Part shown: piece by piece, positions 60,293-64,000 of the stretch | How positions within the stretch are numbered: position 1 is the stretch's first letter | How the letters are laid out: each line of letters starts with the position of its first letter | IMG/VR virus record: IMGVR_UViG_3300009550_000008 | Source: a virus | Strand: one strand, 5' to 3' | Length of the DNA stretch: 64,000 nucleotides | Notes under the pieces: generated by a model | The model's database searches: none | What the model was told of the DNA's origin: nothing | What the model saw: the letters and a program-made list of their open reading frames with translations, nothing else | Made by a program: the position numbers and the translations under genes

Positions 60293-60499
60293 TTCTATTA
60301 TTTATTCTGTATATAATAGGAGATATTGAGAAAAATAATGCAGAATAGGGTTAGAAAAGATTATGTGCGAAAAGTGCCTTTTGGTGCTTGTGTTCGGGGA
60401 GGCAAATCACATATTTATTTTGGAGTCAAGAGCCCCGAGAGGGTCTCGGAGGCATGCTGAGTACGGCTCAGAGAGCGGGGCAGTCCTTCGGCCAGGGCC

Positions 60500-60529
60500 T
60501 TGACAATGCCTCAGCACTTATAGTATAAT
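60500..60529 (+). promoter_or_regulatory. Sigma70-type early promoter with no downstream ORF
   Basis: GGCCTTGACAATGCC, TTGACA-18 bp-TATAAT. Confidence 0.8.
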
Positions 60530-60767
60530 GGTTACATAATGGAGATTGAGGAGAAAAACAGTGAACTGATGGTATAGTAACGGTAAAATGGGGCGCTCGT
60601 TATGGCAGAGTGACAACCGAAAACCCCTACTGATAGAGTCCCTAGTATAAGAAGGCTTCCAAGCACATTCATTTACTGACAGCAAGAGAAGATAGCACTA
60701 CTAGGGATTATCAACATATAGGAGATACTAAGGAGATACAAGCCGTCTTATTCATATAGGGAAAACC

Positions 60768-60797
60768 TTGACAATGAGTACGGCTTTTTAGTATAAT
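60768..60797 (+). promoter_or_regulatory. Sigma70-type early promoter
   Basis: CC-TTGACA-18 bp-TATAAT; ATG 6 nt later. Confidence 0.8.
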
Positions 60798-60803
60798 AAT
60801 AGT

Positions 60804-61028
60804 ATGGGAAATTGTTTAAAAGGCCGTATGGTTCGATCTAATATGAGGGTTGTTATACCTCTAAGTGATGCACAGGTTGTTCTAGCGTGTGATAAAGACC
60901 CTAATAGTATGAATGATTCGTGGGATAGGATGTGTAAAAGCCTTATAGCAGGGGGCTTTCCTGACCCGCGGGGGAACATGCACATAGACTTTATATGCAT
61001 AAATGGGGTAGACAGATCATTCCATTAG
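60804..61028 (+). CDS. Hypothetical protein
   Basis: ORF directly after an early promoter. Confidence 0.55.
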   Translation: MGNCLKGRMVRSNMRVVIPLSDAQVVLACDKDPNSMNDSWDRMCKSLIAGGFPDPRGNMHIDFICINGVDRSFH

Positions 61029-61179
61029 TGTTATAATAGGATATAAGAAACGGAATTGACTATACTATATGTCCGTGGATTGCATATAATAGTGAAGAGT
61101 ATAGTGTTGGTAAACAGAGATTCCCATGGGAGAATGAGATAGGCTCCCAAACCCTTATAGCTCGGGCCTCTCGAAGGCC

Positions 61180-61208
61180 TTGACATTGGCGGAGCATTAT
61201 GTTATAAT
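61180..61208 (+). promoter_or_regulatory. Sigma70-type early promoter
   Basis: GGCC-TTGACA-17 bp-(TG)TATAAT. Confidence 0.75.
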
Positions 61209-61578
61209 GGAGTGTTATGATACTCATGTCTACTCAATAGACACCAAGATAATCAATATCAATAAGTCATATCGGCTTGAGAAGAGGACGGAAGCGCCTC
61301 TGAGAATCTCTGACGCCGTCTCTCTGGCGACCGAATTAGAGTCCAAGGGACATGTCATCATGTTAGAGAAGGTCTCTCAGCAGCCTTAAAAACAGTCATA
61401 TGGGACTCCTACCGAGAATGTGTTCCGCCTCAACGCCCCATACTCAAGCCTTCAACGAGTAAATAAGAGTGATAACTAATTTTTTTTTTTGGGTAAAATT
61501 TAAGGAGCTAAGGTCATCAGATCAATAACTATATCTGGCCCCCGTGGCGGATACCTCAGAGACGAAGACAAGATATAC

Positions 61579-61887
61579 ATGTTCTACTTACACTGTTCTG
61601 ATATATTAGGACTAGATCAGTATCATTATCACCTAGATATAATCGTACACCCTACTTACATACATACTCATCCTGATGCATTGGGGTTGTGTTATGAGAA
61701 TGATGGGGATAGTATTGAGATACATCTAGCCCGTAAGTATGTGGAGGGTCTACGGAATGATATATACCGTACTCTTGCACATGAGTTATTACATGCACGA
61801 CAGACCGCTAAGGGTGAGTATATGTACGAGAGACCAGTTAGGAAGTATGAAGATTTAATTTACGAACTTGCAAAGGAGAGAATGTAA
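61579..61887 (+). CDS. Small HEXXH metallopeptidase-like protein
   Basis: TLAHELLHARQ. Confidence 0.65.
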   Translation: MFYLHCSDILGLDQYHYHLDIIVHPTYIHTHPDALGLCYENDGDSIEIHLARKYVEGLRNDIYRTLAHELLHARQTAKGEYMYERPVRKYEDLIYELAKERM

Positions 61888-62127
61888 ATGAAGTATTGTG
61901 GATATGATTTTGATGTGGATAAGGGTGTGATCACCTTTGATGAGGAGTTGAATGCTGAGCGTTTTCTTTCTTTGAATGGATTCCGCGATGGTCAGGTGTG
62001 TATGTTTCGTGTATCTAATGATGGGCGTCTTGTCCTCGTATGTACCGACATACAATTAAACTGTTCTAAGGGGTATGCATGTGATTATAATCCAGCACAA
62101 ACTGTATTGCCCTTTGATGAGTTATAG
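61888..62127 (+). CDS. Hypothetical protein
   Basis: AAGGAG RBS. Confidence 0.55.
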   Translation: MKYCGYDFDVDKGVITFDEELNAERFLSLNGFRDGQVCMFRVSNDGRLVLVCTDIQLNCSKGYACDYNPAQTVLPFDEL

Positions 62128-62142
62128 TGTATAATAGATAGT

Positions 62143-62451
62143 ATGAGTCCAAAGAACAGAGATTTTGATTATCAAGAAGTAAAGAATTCTAAACGAATCT
62201 TTAAGTCTGCAACTCCGAAGTATACCTTAGACTGGTATATTAAATGGGTTGCATCCGTCTTTGTCCTTGCAGCGATCTCTATGAGAGGTATCGATGGGTT
62301 TCAAATCTATGACCTAGGTCTATCCGTAGTTGGTGTAGCATTATGGTTATGGGTATCGATACTCTGGCAAGATCGTGCATTGATTCTATTGAACGGTGTC
62401 GGTCTATTATTTTTATTACGAAACCTATTTGAGATATGGAGTATATTTTAA
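62143..62451 (+). CDS. Small multi-TM membrane protein
   Basis: DWYIKWVAS...WQDRALILLN. Confidence 0.7.
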   Translation: MSPKNRDFDYQEVKNSKRIFKSATPKYTLDWYIKWVASVFVLAAISMRGIDGFQIYDLGLSVVGVALWLWVSILWQDRALILLNGVGLLFLLRNLFEIWSIF

Positions 62452-62726
62452 TGTATGATATAACTGAGAAAGGTCAACGACAATATAAAAGAGTCGTGAG
62501 ATTGATATGGGGATTATATATTCTCATACCCGCTTTGTTTTTAATAACGGGATGTTCTACTGTAGAAGTATTGGATGGACTTTGTTATAACGATAAAGAT
62601 GGGACATACATATGTCCTACAGAAGAAGTACCGATTGAACATCAACAACAAGATCAATGGGAACAGTGTGAACCCTTTTTAAATCATGACGCAGAAGCAT
62701 GGTCTAACTGTATGATGATAGCATAG
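62451..62726 (+). CDS. Putative lipoprotein
   Basis: Hydrophobic stretch with lipobox ITGC. Confidence 0.55.
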   Translation: MYDITEKGQRQYKRVVRLIWGLYILIPALFLITGCSTVEVLDGLCYNDKDGTYICPTEEVPIEHQQQDQWEQCEPFLNHDAEAWSNCMMIA

Positions 62727-62800
62727 ATGGATATAATCTTTTATCTATTAACCATTGTGTTTCTATATACATTATATCGAATCTACAATGATAATAATAA

Positions 62801-62998
62801 TTGGCCATCATGAGAGTATTGCTAGATAACTACGGTGACACTCGAATCTTTTATGATCGACCTTATGGATATAAGCGTTATCATATTGAATGGGACGATG
62901 GGAACTGCTCGATGTTCTCAGGGTTATGGTACTCAGAAGAGAGAGTCAGGGAGATAGTAAAGAATGGGAGACAGAGTTTAATTAGAACGACTAAATAA
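62801..62998 (+). CDS. Hypothetical protein
   Basis: RPYGYKRY motif. Confidence 0.55.
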   Translation: MAIMRVLLDNYGDTRIFYDRPYGYKRYHIEWDDGNCSMFSGLWYSEERVREIVKNGRQSLIRTTK

Positions 62999-63002
62999 CT
63001 GT

Positions 63003-63209
63003 ATGGACTTCTTGATGGATATTTTATTATTACCTTACACATTGTTAGTGTGGGGATTGAAATACATTGTTGCAATTGGTTTGTGGTATTTGTTTTTCAA
63101 TTGGTTGGTGCAAGCTGTAGATACATTTGATTGGGAAGAATATCTTCCAAGACGCAAGAAGAAATATAAACACGATTATGGAGAAGACCCCGAGGATTAC
63201 ATTCTATGA
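63003..63209 (+). CDS. Small membrane protein
   Basis: Hydrophobic N-half; TAAATA upstream. Confidence 0.55.
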   Translation: MDFLMDILLLPYTLLVWGLKYIVAIGLWYLFFNWLVQAVDTFDWEEYLPRRKKKYKHDYGEDPEDYIL

Positions 63210-63382
63210 GTGATGAATTAATATTAATCCACATTGGATTTATCGTTGCATTGGTATACACCGTGTTTCGATCAGGAGAAAAATCAGGACGAGTACAAAT
63301 GGTTGAGGATATGCTTGACCGTGGTCTTATAACCGAAACAGACTTGGTTAATAAATACAATATTAAAGACAAGCATACTTAA
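63206..63382 (+). CDS. Small membrane protein (not in ORF track)
   Basis: 58 aa, ATGA-coupled. Confidence 0.5.
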   Translation: MSDELILIHIGFIVALVYTVFRSGEKSGRVQMVEDMLDRGLITETDLVNKYNIKDKHT

Positions 63383-63397
63383 ACACATTATTATATT

Positions 63398-64000
63398 ATG
63401 AAAATTATTGGATACAACTCATCCCACGAAACATCCCTATGTCAGTTTGATTCTGATACATGGGACTTAGACTTTCTTTTCGAAGAAGAAAGGTTTAGAC
63501 GAGTCAAGCAATGGACACCCGAACCACCACAACATCAGTTGTTGTGTATCGATAGAGAAGTCATACAGACACCCGATCATTTTATTGGATGCTCTTTTGA
63601 TCGAAGAGAATTCGTTCATGACTTGGGTGGTCTTGAATGGAACAGAGATTATCTTAAGTACAATAAGAAACTCAATCGTCAACTATTAGACTTCATTGAA
63701 CAGGAACAAATGACTGAGGATAGATTGATTGAGATGAATTCTACATTCCCGAATGTTTTCACTGAGTTTAATCTAGATAAACTTAAGAAGGATGACGGAC
63801 AAGCGAGGGATGACTTTCTTCATTCTACTGTCGCTGAACAGCTGTTCCTCGAAGAGTTTGTTTACGAAATTCAACATCATCTTTACCATGCAGAGTGTGG
63901 TTATTGGTTCAGTCCTTGGAGAGAGAAAGAGTCTGCAATTGCTATCGTATGTGATGGTGGTGGTGCAAAGTTATATCATGAGAAAGGATTCCCGAACTAT
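63398..64000 (+). CDS. Carbamoyltransferase (NodU/CmcH family), N-terminal part, runs off the window (not in ORF track)
   Basis: MKIIGYNSSHETSLC...FEEERFRRVK...HHLYHAECGYWFSP...AIVCDGGG. Confidence 0.85.
   Translation, partial: MKIIGYNSSHETSLCQFDSDTWDLDFLFEEERFRRVKQWTPEPPQHQLLCIDREVIQTPDHFIGCSFDRREFVHDLGGLEWNRDYLKYNKKLNRQLLDFIEQEQMTEDRLIEMNSTFPNVFTEFNLDKLKKDDGQARDDFLHSTVAEQLFLEEFVYEIQHHLYHAECGYWFSPWREKESAIAIVCDGGGAKLYHEKGFPNY

Noticed and set aside
61180-61389. 69-aa ORF starting at TTG 61180
   Set aside because: Its start lies in the -35 box of a promoter; any real ORF would start later, and there is no motif support.
97-63682. Numerous short minus-strand and nested ORFs in the track
   Set aside because: Antisense shadows of clear + strand genes with no motifs or RBS; only 59597-60292 is convincing on the minus strand.
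1-64000. CRISPR array, integrase, transposase or rRNA
   Set aside because: No regularly spaced repeats or recognisable motifs seen.
1-64000. Apparent enrichment of TGCA and AGCT
   Set aside because: May simply reflect Ala codon preference (GCA/GCT); cannot be supported without a codon-controlled count.

Overview
A 64 kb, AT-rich segment of a large T4-like myovirus genome, coded almost entirely on the + strand. The gene content resembles marine non-cyanobacterial T4-like phages; a proteobacterial host is inferred from iscU, ahpC and a sigma32-type promoter. It carries the T4 replication core (gp45, gp44, gp62, RegA, gp43, UvsX, gp41, gp61, NrdA/B, glutaredoxin), a CobS/CobT-like AAA+/vWA pair, two tRNAs (Arg-TCT, Ala-TGC), lysis genes, host-like accessory genes (def, Hsp20, AhpC, IscU), many 2OG-Fe(II) oxygenases and a block of likely capsid-targeted proteins. 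Three modules stand out. (1) A C5 DNA methyltransferase - TET/JBP dioxygenase - twin P-loop kinase cassette, accompanied by a window-wide pattern in which restriction-like motifs appear only when they overlap a GpC, suggesting GpC cytosine hypermodification. (2) A curli (CsgF/CsgG/curlin) operon coupled to a FecR protein and a CHASE2 class III cyclase. (3) A ligase-like KxDG protein next to a capsid-targeted nucleotidyltransferase-kinase fusion. Also seen: candidate structured RNAs, probably leaderless transcripts, a triple promoter before hsp20 and a probable overprinted signal-peptide ORF. All calls come from motif recognition by eye; no searches were run.
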